A stretch of 64,000 nucleotides of DNA, from positions 152,984 to 216,983 of the forward strand of contig NZ_CP047901.1 of assembly GCF_009936135.1 (NCBI RefSeq), written 5' to 3'. Each line of letters opens with the position of its first letter. The first letter of the stretch is position 1. Shown piece by piece: positions 37,969 through 48,354 of this stretch. A program made the position numbers and the translations under genes. The DNA is from Candidatus Chazhemtobacterium aquaticus. Its GTDB lineage: Bacteria > Patescibacteriota > Microgenomatia > UBA1400 > Chazhemtobacteraceae. The notes below the pieces were generated by a model. That model was not told where the DNA came from and ran no database searches. It saw only the letters and a list, made by a program, of their open reading frames with translations.

Positions 37969-38322
37969 ATGAAGCTAAACTTCACCGCTCATGCCCAAGA
38001 CTGGGCTAGTATTGACCCAAACTGCGTTGCTGGACCCAACAACGATGTTGCCACCATCCAGGGCTTCAAATGTATCATCACTAATCTACTAGCTATCATC
38101 GCCCCCATCATCACCCTCGTCGCCATTGGCATGATCATCTTAGGCGGCGCCAAAATGATAGCAGGCGCAGATAACCCCAAAGCCGTTGACGAAGCCAAAA
38201 AAATCATCACCTTCGCCATCATTGGTGTCATTGGTATTGCTGCTGCCTGGATCATCCTCGTCCTCATTCAAGAATTTACCGGCGCTCCCGTCACCCAGTT
38301 CCAAATCATCACCAATCCTTAG
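37969..38322 (+). CDS. VirB2-like pilin 10
   Basis: CV...DVATIQGFKCII; GGAKMIAGADNPKAVDEAKKIITFAIIG. Confidence 0.8.
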   Translation: MKLNFTAHAQDWASIDPNCVAGPNNDVATIQGFKCIITNLLAIIAPIITLVAIGMIILGGAKMIAGADNPKAVDEAKKIITFAIIGVIGIAAAWIILVLIQEFTGAPVTQFQIITNP

Positions 38323-38386
38323 CCCCAAACCAGCTCTCACCCCAAGACCCATCTTCACCTCTACCCAAACCAGGCTAAAATGAATT

Positions 38387-41300
38387 ATGCGTTATCTACT
38401 CGCCACCCTCTCCACCCTACTAATCACATCTCTACTCACCAACACAGTTTTTGCCCAAGCTAACCCTGCGGGAACCGTTGGACCTGAAATAGCTGTTCCT
38501 AATGCGGGCACCACTGTCATAGCTGCCCAAAGTTACACTGGTGTTGTCTCTGTGATCAACTACATCGATATTGATGGTCCAGTCGCCTTTAACTCAGTGC
38601 CCATCAAAAATCTTAATGTTCCCACCATTTTAAGAGTCGACATTTCCGCTAACACCTCCAATGAAGACATTGTTGCCTACGCCAACAGTCTTAACAGCGT
38701 TGTCGACACTGAGTTTCCTAATGGTCTGAAAGTTGTTGTCCTAAGCGTCGAAACTAACAATCTCGACTGGTGGTACGGCAGCCCTGGCCAGTCCAATGAT
38801 GAAGCCTCCATCCGCCAAGGCGCGCGAGAATATGCCGAAAAATTCATCCTCTTTGCCCAAACTATTCGGCAAGACCTTCCCCTAGCCCCAGCTCCACCAG
38901 ATCTTTTCAATGGCGTCTTTAACGCCGATCCCTGGATGGACGAATTTACTCGTTCAGGCACATGTCCTTATGTGGATTACAATGTCTCCGATATTTTTGA
39001 GCTAACTCCCACTGTTGGTGGCGGAGCCTATGCTTGGAACACTGTCCACCTCTATCAACAAGAAAAAATGTGTGGCAAGGATGTCATCCATTTTGAAGGC
39101 TGGGGTATTAATCCCAACAACCCTCCGCCAACCGTTAAACAACAAGTTGATTGGTTTCAAAACACTCCTCTCCCTCCTGGCATTGAAACCGCCACCACTC
39201 TCATTCTTCCTCACTGTCCTCCAGAATATGACGCTAGTCTTGACCAAACCGTCAACGGCTTCATAGATTGGTGGTACTACATCAACGGCCGGGTCTTTAC
39301 CTCCGATGGACTTGAAATTGATCCCGAAAGCTGTACCGAAAGAGAAAAACCTGATTGTTACTACGACGGCAATCTCACCCGACCTGGTGGTACCTGCAAA
39401 TCCAGAGTTCCCTACGTCCATAGTGCTCTTGAACAATACGCACCTCAATGTACTCTCACGCCTCAAGGATCACTCTCCCGAACTTCTTGTGGCATTCCAC
39501 CCACCATCACCAATTTGCCCAATGACCCCCAGGAGTACATGGATGTACGACTCCTTGTTAACTACTCACAACTCCAACTTGGTGGTTTAGGACCAGACCA
39601 CACCGCCTGGCGATCTATACCTATCGACAACCTAGCTCGCGGCTACCCTTACAACGCCCTTGCCGATAAACCACTTTCTGTTACAGAAGATACTCCCAAA
39701 GAAGCCTTTCGTACCTGGTGGCGCCTATTAAGCCTCCGTCAACAAATTGAGGCCAAAGCTGAATTCTTCCAACGCTTCCGTATTCAAGACCCTCCCATTT
39801 TTGACTCCGAGTTTGCCTATTCTCAAGGTGGCAGCACTCAGACCTACACCATCAGTGAACTAGAGAACATTCTTCCCGACTGTCTTCGCCTTTTTCCAGT
39901 TCCCAATCGCTGTGGCATAACCGCTGATTCTCTTACCCCTGAACAAACCTACTACAGGCTCCCTGAAACTACTCGTGCCATGTACGACGCCTTTCTCCCT
40001 TTCGACTTCGACAACGTGCGCGGATATCTTGCTCTTCAATACAAAGACCCTACCGATTTCCTATCAGGAGAAAACCGCAATCGAGCCGGGGTCATCGCCG
40101 ACAATCTCCCATATATTCAAGCCCTAGTCGATATCTTAAGCAATAAAGTTAGTGGCATCTTAACCGCCCTAAGCCCTCAATGGCTAAACACCCTAAGAAC
40201 CGACACTCTACCTACCTCAAAAGATTACACCATCGAATACGAAGAAAGTGGCGAAATCAACCTCACCCCCGAATCCCAACAATCCTTCACTCACATGGCA
40301 GCCGCTGCTCGCACTAACTCAGAATATGGAGCAGACTGGGCTTCAGATCTAGCTACCACCTGTTACAATCCCGAAAATCAAGACCCAACTCTTTCTTCAC
40401 CCCTCACCTACCCTCAAAAGCTTGAGGCGCAAGACCCATATCTTCCTCTTCCTGGATCAGAATATACCGACGTTCTTGATCAATCAGTTCTTATCCCCAC
40501 CGAGACTTCAATTTACTATGGCACTCCCACCACCTCTGGATCAGATATCACTTGTACCTACGAAACTGGCAATACTTGCTCTTACGACATCAACACCGGC
40601 TCTTGTCCTCCTCTTTACATCACCAATACCACAGGTGGCATTCCTGGACAAAGAGACCCGGACCTTCCGGTTCGTTCTCAAGTCGGTCGTTCCATCATCA
40701 CCTTTGCCAACCCCCTTATGACAGACATTAGTCGCCTCATCTCCGAACCGTATCTTGGTATGCCTGACACCAGTGGTACATACAACTGGGCCTCCCATAT
40801 GAACCTCTCTCTCTACCATCAAATGCTCACTCGCGACTTTACCCCCCAACCCCAACCTTTTACCGAAATGTTTTCCGAATACACAGAAGATCCCATGTAT
40901 GCCAAACAAGCTCAGTATCAAGCTAGTAAAGACAATGACTCAGCTGTCACCCTCTCTGCCCAAGCCGGTGGAACTGGTGACCAAACAGGACTAGTCGCAC
41001 GCAAAGGTGGCCAACTTGAAATTGATCTCTGCAAACTTCGAAACTTCTGGCTCCGTCCCGATTCTCTCCAAATTGGTGACCCTGAAGATTGCCAACAACT
41101 TGATCAATACATCTCCACACCAAACCAACCCTATGAACTCACCACTCCTGGATCAACCGACTCAGCCTGTCAGGTCAAACAATATCTTTTCGAAAACATC
41201 TGTCCTGGCGGATCATGCTCTTCATACGTCGTCGACACAGCCCTCTCCACCTCTTGTTCTGGTAAAGTTATAAATCCTTACTTCGCCATCACTGTTGCTC

Positions 41301-41737
41301 TCAACGAAAACGGAGGGCTAACCAGCATTCACAGCGACGGCACCAATGTTAAACACTTCGGATGTGCTCCTTTTGATATCGGTGCCACAATGTACGGACA
41401 TGACATTCCCTCCAAAACTTCCTGTTTTACTGACACCATATCCAACGACTGTCGAGACAATAAAACTGACCTAGAAACCCTTCAAGAATATGGTTACTCC
41501 GCCTCCTATCTTCGCACCTTAAACAACATCCTGAGAGTCTTAGGTGCATGCTCCGCAGACCAAGTCAATCAACAACAGCTTTGCGTTCCCATCTGGGTTA
41601 GTCCTTCCCAGGCCCAATCCATCTCCAACAGTCTTCTACCCATTCTCACCTCTCAACGTAGTCTCTGGTTCCGCTACTACCAGGGGTATCTTGAAGCCAT
41701 GGCCACCGACAATCAGTGTTCACTCTACCAACCATAG
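38387..41737 (+). CDS. Large secreted protein (1116 aa), possible glycoside-hydrolase-like N-terminus and lysozyme-like C-terminus
   Basis: Signal peptide; ILRVDI...VETNN; C-terminal INPYFAITVALNENGG. Domain calls are tentative. Confidence 0.65.
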   Translation: MRYLLATLSTLLITSLLTNTVFAQANPAGTVGPEIAVPNAGTTVIAAQSYTGVVSVINYIDIDGPVAFNSVPIKNLNVPTILRVDISANTSNEDIVAYANSLNSVVDTEFPNGLKVVVLSVETNNLDWWYGSPGQSNDEASIRQGAREYAEKFILFAQTIRQDLPLAPAPPDLFNGVFNADPWMDEFTRSGTCPYVDYNVSDIFELTPTVGGGAYAWNTVHLYQQEKMCGKDVIHFEGWGINPNNPPPTVKQQVDWFQNTPLPPGIETATTLILPHCPPEYDASLDQTVNGFIDWWYYINGRVFTSDGLEIDPESCTEREKPDCYYDGNLTRPGGTCKSRVPYVHSALEQYAPQCTLTPQGSLSRTSCGIPPTITNLPNDPQEYMDVRLLVNYSQLQLGGLGPDHTAWRSIPIDNLARGYPYNALADKPLSVTEDTPKEAFRTWWRLLSLRQQIEAKAEFFQRFRIQDPPIFDSEFAYSQGGSTQTYTISELENILPDCLRLFPVPNRCGITADSLTPEQTYYRLPETTRAMYDAFLPFDFDNVRGYLALQYKDPTDFLSGENRNRAGVIADNLPYIQALVDILSNKVSGILTALSPQWLNTLRTDTLPTSKDYTIEYEESGEINLTPESQQSFTHMAAAARTNSEYGADWASDLATTCYNPENQDPTLSSPLTYPQKLEAQDPYLPLPGSEYTDVLDQSVLIPTETSIYYGTPTTSGSDITCTYETGNTCSYDINTGSCPPLYITNTTGGIPGQRDPDLPVRSQVGRSIITFANPLMTDISRLISEPYLGMPDTSGTYNWASHMNLSLYHQMLTRDFTPQPQPFTEMFSEYTEDPMYAKQAQYQASKDNDSAVTLSAQAGGTGDQTGLVARKGGQLEIDLCKLRNFWLRPDSLQIGDPEDCQQLDQYISTPNQPYELTTPGSTDSACQVKQYLFENICPGGSCSSYVVDTALSTSCSGKVINPYFAITVALNENGGLTSIHSDGTNVKHFGCAPFDIGATMYGHDIPSKTSCFTDTISNDCRDNKTDLETLQEYGYSASYLRTLNNILRVLGACSADQVNQQQLCVPIWVSPSQAQSISNSLLPILTSQRSLWFRYYQGYLEAMATDNQCSLYQP

Positions 41738-41773
41738 CTTTTTCTTCTCATTATCTTGTTATAATCAACCCAG

Positions 41774-43564
41774 ATGCTCAAGAAAATCCTTCTCACTTTC
41801 ACCACTCTCTGCCTGTTTTTTACCTTATCCATTCCCGCTCATGCTCAAACAGACACTAAAGACATCTTAAGAGATTTCTGCGACAGTCGCCAAGGCAATG
41901 TTATCAATCTAGAAACCTGGTATGCCGGCAGATGCGATCCTGAGAGTGAAACATCAACTTTCATGGGTCAAAACCGCGGCTTTGGAGATATTGTCATCCT
42001 CCATCTCTATGAACTGATAAATGGCGAGCAAAACAAGGCAGATGAGGATATGATCAAAGACTTCTTCGAGTCCCTTGTTGACACCATTTCTCAAAACAAC
42101 GGCTTTAATTATCTCACCTACATTCAAGAAAATAATGCCACATTCAAAAACACATCATCGAACTCAGGTATGATATCCCAAATTAGTGGTGGCATTTCCT
42201 ACTTAATCTCAACCCCTCCGGCGAGTACCCAACAATATATCGCCTACATCAATAACAACCTCCAAAGACATAGCCTAACCCAACCAGCATACGCTCAAAA
42301 CGCCACTGGAGAAGGTGGTGGATATGGCTTTGCCCGTCTTGAAGGTTTTCTACCTCTCTGGAAAGCTTTCCGCAACATAGCCTACTTCTTCTTCATTCTC
42401 GCATTCGTCATCTACGGCTTCATGATCATGTTCCGTGTCAAAATTAACCCTCAAACAGCTGCCAATATTCAACTAGCTCTTCCTAAACTAATAGTCACCC
42501 TCATCCTCATCACCTTTTCCTATGCCATAGTCGGTCTACTTATCGACTTTATGTGGGTTGGTTACTATCTTATACTCAACACCTTAGACAGCTTTGGAGT
42601 CTTTGGAGAATCCAAAGGAGTACTTGGGTTCGTCAATGATATATTCCGCGGCCTCGCCTCAGGAGGAGGCGGACTAATCCTCACCTCAATTTTCCAAACA
42701 ATTTTAGCTGTTTACGCCGGCGTGCCTGGAACCTTAGGAGCCCTCACCGGAATATCTGGAAACATATTTACCATTATTATGGCACTCACTACTTTTACCG
42801 GCATAGGGCTAATTCTCATCCTTATCATACTCATTGCCGTCATTATCGCCCTCATTAAGCTATTTGTTAAACTTGTCACTGCTTACGTCACCATCTTTAT
42901 CAACCTAGTTCTTTCTCCCCTCATACTTCTTAGCGGTATTTTTCCCGGCAAGAATGACGTTTTTAGTACTTGGATTACCAACCTTGTTGCTAACATTATT
43001 GTCTTCCCTGTCGCCTCCATCCTTCTTCTTTTCTCCGGATATTTTATGACCCAACCAGTCGCCTCCTTAATCCAGGATACATTAAATGGTTTAGCAAACA
43101 TAATCCCCGGAATAGACGGGAATGTCTCACTGTCCCTAATAGAAAACACCCAAAGAATTCCTAACGTCCCCCTCCTATCACCTCAAACTGAGTGGCTTAG
43201 TAATTTTCCTATAATAGGAAGCGCGGTTGCCGCTGGAGCGTCCGAGTGGTATGCCCTGATAGGCCTCGCTCTTCTCCTCATGTCACCTAAGTTCGTAGAT
43301 ATGGTCATGGATGCCTTCAAAGTCAAACCATTCCCCTACGGTTCTGCTGCCATAGAATCTTTAACCGCAGGCTACAAAGCTGAGGCGGGCTTAATTGGTA
43401 AAGCTACTGAAGAAGGAGGGGTGTTAGCGAGAAGATTGCCTAGGTTTAGCAGTAAACTTAGAGGTAGGCAGGAGCAAATCGACACAAGCGTCAACATCCT
43501 CTCAGGAGGAAAAGTCAAACCAGCCGGCACTGAAGGAGATCAAACTCCAGTTAGTAGGTCATAA
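41774..43564 (+). CDS. Polytopic membrane protein, VirB6/TrbL-like
   Basis: LWKAFRNIAY...GFMIMFR..INPQT..NIQLALPKLIVTLILITFSYAI.GLLID; many TM helices; T4SS context. Confidence 0.7.
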   Translation: MLKKILLTFTTLCLFFTLSIPAHAQTDTKDILRDFCDSRQGNVINLETWYAGRCDPESETSTFMGQNRGFGDIVILHLYELINGEQNKADEDMIKDFFESLVDTISQNNGFNYLTYIQENNATFKNTSSNSGMISQISGGISYLISTPPASTQQYIAYINNNLQRHSLTQPAYAQNATGEGGGYGFARLEGFLPLWKAFRNIAYFFFILAFVIYGFMIMFRVKINPQTAANIQLALPKLIVTLILITFSYAIVGLLIDFMWVGYYLILNTLDSFGVFGESKGVLGFVNDIFRGLASGGGGLILTSIFQTILAVYAGVPGTLGALTGISGNIFTIIMALTTFTGIGLILILIILIAVIIALIKLFVKLVTAYVTIFINLVLSPLILLSGIFPGKNDVFSTWITNLVANIIVFPVASILLLFSGYFMTQPVASLIQDTLNGLANIIPGIDGNVSLSLIENTQRIPNVPLLSPQTEWLSNFPIIGSAVAAGASEWYALIGLALLLMSPKFVDMVMDAFKVKPFPYGSAAIESLTAGYKAEAGLIGKATEEGGVLARRLPRFSSKLRGRQEQIDTSVNILSGGKVKPAGTEGDQTPVSRS

Positions 43565-43618
43565 AACCCCAATACAACTTACTCAACCCGTCATGGTGTA
43601 CAAACTAATCACCACCAA

Positions 43619-46147
43619 CTACCTGCCAGCTGAAGGAACCGCTCTCGAATCAAATTTCCTTTGTCGCTCAAGCTTAGCCTTCTTTCTATCACCCTCATTC
43701 CTACTCGACCCAAAAACCAAAACGGTCTTCCCCCAAACCAATTCTGCGTACCTCCGAAAGTCGCTCATTACTCTCACACTTCGTTCATAAGCCTCCATGT
43801 CCTCCTCGTATTGTTCATTGGACGCATACTCTTCAGGCACTGGTTTCTTACTCAAAGCAAAAAAACCCGAATCAAGCGCTCTGTGAAAAGCCATTCTTAC
43901 GTTACCTGGGTCATTAAACTGATTAGCCTTTTGGTTATACGGACTGTAATACCATAACAAGGATTTTGCATACAACAACTTCACCAAATCAGCCTCTTCA
44001 GGCGTCAACACACCCTGCGCTTTAAGTGCTTCAATTTTAATTTTCCATCCAACCCACATACCTTCAGTAGTTAACTCTTGTTGCTTAACCTCGGGAATCT
44101 TGATCACCATCTCCCATACCCCCTTAGAAGCAACTGCCGCAGTCACCATGTTCTCGTATGGCGATCTATCCATTTCGGACAAGGCTAATCTAGATATCAA
44201 TCTGCCCTCACGGATTAAATTCCATCCATTTTGCCCTGACACAGTCATCAACTCAAACCCATCCTTCATTAACCTAGGAATGTCTCCCCCACCTCTTTCA
44301 TACTTCTCTCCTTCTGCTCCACTCAAGAATCTATCAAGCGCTCCCCAAAACCGACCTGGCCCTGACTCTCTCTCACTCTTCAAAAACTCACCTACCGGTA
44401 ATATACCCTTCTCTAAAAACTTCTGTCTAAAATTTACCGCATTATATAGAGGATGGCCAGGCCACAATCCTGCCTCCGCCTCATGGCTTTGCCAAAAATC
44501 CCAAGCGAGATCCAAAGCGTCGCGAACTCCTGGGCTACCTCCACCAAAGGCTTGAATCATTCTACGCCTCACCTCATTTCTGCTCGCATCAGTCAGCTCC
44601 CCACCTGGAGCATACCCCCCCCTCTCCACCTCAGTATACAACCACTGCAATGCCCTATCCATTAACGCCACTGAAAATCCTCCAGCCTCTTGCATCCTAC
44701 CCAAAACCACATAATCGGGCACCCTCAAACCCACCTGATCCCACTCTGGTTTTTTCATCAACTCCTGCCAATTCTCCACCCATGTCGAGTAATCCCCACC
44801 TTTTCTCGCCACCATGCCATTATGCAGCCTTACTCGCATCCCAATCTCCGCTTCCAACACCTCTCTGTACGCCCCCATCACCTCGGGAACACGATATCTA
44901 GCAAAACCTAAATCAATTACCCCAATTCCTGACATCAGCTCACTTGGGTCTACAAAATCCATTGAGTTAGACAATCTCTGTCTTACCAACCTTCTAACCT
45001 CAACAAACAATTCCTCACGCGATGCAGGCAACTCAACCACACCAGAGTCACTCTCCACTGAACCACTATCTCTGCCAACCGCACTTCTGGCTCTAACCTC
45101 ATCTCTTCTTCCAACATACTCCTCATATCTCCCTGATCTTCTTATCTCTCTCATCACATTCCTTCTCACACTTCGATTCATATATCCTCTATCCCTATAC
45201 TCAGCCATCCAGTCAATCAACAGACCAACGTCACCATCTTCAGCCAATGCATCCATCGCCGCATAATACTCTCCCTCAAAGTTCTGGATGTCTCTCATAA
45301 TCTCAGGATTATCTCTCACATCCTTTCTTATCTCCGAACAACTACCACACCTTAACCCTCCGTCGTTATGACCTCCACAGCTATCGCAATCAAACGGCGT
45401 TCCCCAATAAGGCTCCTCCATTGGCTCTTCATCATCATCTTCTTTTCTCTCTCCATTACCACCATCAGGGGGTGGAGGCACCCCATCCCCTCTACCACCT
45501 TCCCCATTATTCCTTCTGTTGCCACCCCCTCGTCCACCTCCTTCAGTTTCACCTCCACCTCCACCACCCCCACTATCTCCACTCACCGGATCTAATGACT
45601 GGTTAGGCACAGCAATATTCATTCTAGCTTGCGCAATTTCCTCGTCGGTCATTGGCCTATGTCCTTCTTCACCGTCATCACTACCAGTGTTATCGCTTTC
45701 ACTCTCATTCACACTCTCACTTCGAGGGGGAGTCCACTCCTCCCAACTCTCAGGTACGCTCGCTTTTATCCTCTCCTTTACATCTCCTCTAACTGGAAAA
45801 CCATTCTTGTTAATATTCTCCATCTCTCTCACGAATCCTGCATGCACCTGCGCTCGTAACACCTGTCGTTCCTCAATTTCTTCTGGCGTTGGACCTATTC
45901 TCTGCTCCAATACCCCCAATCTCACCACTCCCTCTCTTTTGCCCAAACCAATCATTGTCCTTAGCTCCATATCACTCGCTTTTCTATCCGGATTAATCAC
46001 ATTGACCGTCTGACCACCCCTCTCCTCAGTCACAAACATACCTTTCAACTCATCCCTCAAAGCATCTCCGGAGTTTTCCAAAACCTGAACCACAGTTTCC
46101 TGTCTTCGTCTTTCTCGTTCCATATCTGACTGAGCCTTCTCACTCAT
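43619..46147 (-). CDS. Large hypothetical protein with Gly/acidic linker and a C4 zinc ribbon
   Basis: 842-aa ORF; CDSC...N...CGSC. Confidence 0.7.
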   Translation of the reverse strand: MSEKAQSDMERERRRQETVVQVLENSGDALRDELKGMFVTEERGGQTVNVINPDRKASDMELRTMIGLGKREGVVRLGVLEQRIGPTPEEIEERQVLRAQVHAGFVREMENINKNGFPVRGDVKERIKASVPESWEEWTPPRSESVNESESDNTGSDDGEEGHRPMTDEEIAQARMNIAVPNQSLDPVSGDSGGGGGGGETEGGGRGGGNRRNNGEGGRGDGVPPPPDGGNGERKEDDDEEPMEEPYWGTPFDCDSCGGHNDGGLRCGSCSEIRKDVRDNPEIMRDIQNFEGEYYAAMDALAEDGDVGLLIDWMAEYRDRGYMNRSVRRNVMREIRRSGRYEEYVGRRDEVRARSAVGRDSGSVESDSGVVELPASREELFVEVRRLVRQRLSNSMDFVDPSELMSGIGVIDLGFARYRVPEVMGAYREVLEAEIGMRVRLHNGMVARKGGDYSTWVENWQELMKKPEWDQVGLRVPDYVVLGRMQEAGGFSVALMDRALQWLYTEVERGGYAPGGELTDASRNEVRRRMIQAFGGGSPGVRDALDLAWDFWQSHEAEAGLWPGHPLYNAVNFRQKFLEKGILPVGEFLKSERESGPGRFWGALDRFLSGAEGEKYERGGGDIPRLMKDGFELMTVSGQNGWNLIREGRLISRLALSEMDRSPYENMVTAAVASKGVWEMVIKIPEVKQQELTTEGMWVGWKIKIEALKAQGVLTPEEADLVKLLYAKSLLWYYSPYNQKANQFNDPGNVRMAFHRALDSGFFALSKKPVPEEYASNEQYEEDMEAYERSVRVMSDFRRYAELVWGKTVLVFGSSRNEGDRKKAKLERQRKFDSRAVPSAGR

Positions 46148-46215
46148 CTGGGCAGTAAAAATAACCTATAACTACCTCTAGATTTTAACATACTTACCCT
46201 CAAACAACACCTGGG

Positions 46216-47322
46216 TGTACAGGTTACACACATATTGGACTTTTCGGGGTTTGGTAATTGATATTGTAACCGATGACTTGTGAAGGGGTTTGATCAGCTA
46301 AAGATTCATGGATTCGGTCGTGGTGATAGAAGGTAAGATACTCTTTGATTCGCTGGTTGATGAGTTTAAGATCTAGCATTTCATCCTGATATTGATCAAG
46401 GCAATCTTCCTGGATCGTTCGGTTGAATCTCTCAACTACTCCGTTGATCTTAGGAGAGTGAGGATAGGTCCAGCAATGCTTAATCTTTTGTTGCTGGCAG
46501 TATTGATCAAAGACTCCTTCAAACTCACTACCATTGTCTGTTTGGACGGTGTGAATTGATACCGGTAGGACACTGGCAATGGTCTTTAATACCTCAAGAG
46601 CGTTCCTGGCATGTTTGGTAGTAAAGGTTTGAGCGTAGACAACCTTTAACTTAACATCAATAGCAGTAATGGTGTAACGCCTAATCCCATCAATAATGGT
46701 TTCAATGGTGTCTAACTCTACATATCCTCCAGTTTCTGGTTTAGGAGCCTTGTTTACTCTCGTTTTCTGTTTCTTTTGAGGCTGCTTTCTCCCCGGATCA
46801 TGGTAACCAAAGGTGGGTTGATCGTAGAAGAGACGATTCCGTTTGATGATCTTGCCAATGGTAGATTCCTTAGGAGCAACAAGACCTAAACTATCGGTAT
46901 ATCGTTTAACAAGAGGGTAGAGTTTGTGTTTACCCAAGCGGTAATGGGTTTTTCTTAACCTACAGATTTCCGCTAGAACCAGAGGATGGGTGTTCATCTG
47001 GCGAAACACTTTAGGGCGAGTAGTCTTGGGAATTAAGGAGGACAATTTACCTCTACTTTCCTTTAACGTTTTCTGCCAAAGAAACAAAGTGCTTCTTTTA
47101 ACCGGAAAAGCAGACAAAGTGGCAGCCAAACCAAACCGATGGTAGTGGGTGATGACTCGCAAGCGATATCGGGCAGTTTCAGAATCAGCAAAGGCTGAAG
47201 TGGAAACAACTTTTTTCATCCAGACATTGTAGCCAGGACGTCTGGGGAGAATGGTTCTAAGTCTGTCTGTTTCGTGACTCATATGGACTTTCCCTAGTCC
47301 AATATGTGTCGTAACTTATGCA
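46216..47322 (-). mobile_element. IS481-like insertion sequence, 1107 bp
   Basis: Imperfect 26-27 bp terminal IRs (tgtacaggttacacacatattggact / agtccaatatgtgtcgtaacttatgca); 5-bp TSD CTGGG at 46211-46215 and 47323-47327. Confidence 0.9.
46224..47282 (-). CDS. DDE transposase (integrase core, IS481-like)
   Basis: VELDT, VQTDNGSEF, PKINGVVERFNRTIQE, Y...RIHESL..TP. Confidence 0.92.
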   Translation of the reverse strand: MSHETDRLRTILPRRPGYNVWMKKVVSTSAFADSETARYRLRVITHYHRFGLAATLSAFPVKRSTLFLWQKTLKESRGKLSSLIPKTTRPKVFRQMNTHPLVLAEICRLRKTHYRLGKHKLYPLVKRYTDSLGLVAPKESTIGKIIKRNRLFYDQPTFGYHDPGRKQPQKKQKTRVNKAPKPETGGYVELDTIETIIDGIRRYTITAIDVKLKVVYAQTFTTKHARNALEVLKTIASVLPVSIHTVQTDNGSEFEGVFDQYCQQQKIKHCWTYPHSPKINGVVERFNRTIQEDCLDQYQDEMLDLKLINQRIKEYLTFYHHDRIHESLADQTPSQVIGYNINYQTPKSPICV

Positions 47323-47363
47323 CTGGGCTATACTAGTTTCATTACCAACCAAGCTTAAGGCAT

Positions 47364-48353
47364 ATGCCCGTCCAACAGCATCCCATCCCCCAAAACGTCA
47401 CCAGCTATCAATTCCGCTTAGTTGGCGACATGACTCTCAAACAATTTCTCCAGCTAGCAGCTGGCATAGTCATTGGTCTAGTTATCTACGCCACCCCCCT
47501 TCCTTCCTTCTTCAAATGGCCTCTCATCTCTATCATTGTTGGCCTTGGTGCTGCCATTGCCTTTGTCCCTGTTCAGGGCCGACCCTTGGATCAATGGATT
47601 GTTGCCTTTATCCGCTCCATCTACGCTCCCACCATCTATGTCTGGCAAAAACCCAACAACCAACAACCATCTCTAAACCAAGCTCCCACCTCCATTACGC
47701 AGGCTCTACAATCCTCTCCCCCCACTAGTCCTTCCCCCACTGCCACTCAACCTCAAACCTCAAAAATCGAGCGCCCTAATTTAGTCCCTCAAATCCACAC
47801 CTTAACCAGAGCTACTCCACCCACTCCCAACCCTACTCCACCACCCCAACCCGAACCCCTCATCCCCACTAGCCAAGATATCAAAAAATCAGCCAAAAAC
47901 GTATTTGCTTCACCACCAAAACCAATTGCTGTCACTCCGCAATCTCATCAAAACACCAATCATCAATCAACTCAATCCTCTTCTAAGCCCGCTCCAACCA
48001 CCTCTACCGCTACTGTTTCCGATACACCAGCTCAACCAGGAACCTCCGCTTCCTTCTCAACCGACCTCCCCATCCCCAGCACCCCTCAAACCCCCAACAC
48101 TATCGTTGGCATGACTCTCTCCCCACAGGGTAAAATCCTGGAATCAGTCATTGTTGAGATCCTTAAAAACGGTCAGACCATCCGCGCCACCAAAAGCAAC
48201 AAGCTCGGCCAGTTTCTCTTTGCCAAACCTCTTGATGACGGAATCTTCCAGATTACTGCCGACAAAGACGGTTTCACTTTTCCCCGCTTCGATCTTAAAC
48301 TAGACGGTCAAATCATTCCCCCAATTAAACTCCAAGCCACAGGTACAAAATAA
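47364..48353 (+). CDS. prgI: PrgI family protein with Pro/Thr linker and C-terminal beta-sandwich
   Basis: QHPIPQNVTSYQFRLVGDMTLKQF...AF.PVQGRPLDQW. Confidence 0.85.
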   Translation: MPVQQHPIPQNVTSYQFRLVGDMTLKQFLQLAAGIVIGLVIYATPLPSFFKWPLISIIVGLGAAIAFVPVQGRPLDQWIVAFIRSIYAPTIYVWQKPNNQQPSLNQAPTSITQALQSSPPTSPSPTATQPQTSKIERPNLVPQIHTLTRATPPTPNPTPPPQPEPLIPTSQDIKKSAKNVFASPPKPIAVTPQSHQNTNHQSTQSSSKPAPTTSTATVSDTPAQPGTSASFSTDLPIPSTPQTPNTIVGMTLSPQGKILESVIVEILKNGQTIRATKSNKLGQFLFAKPLDDGIFQITADKDGFTFPRFDLKLDGQIIPPIKLQATGTK

Positions 48354-48354
48354 C

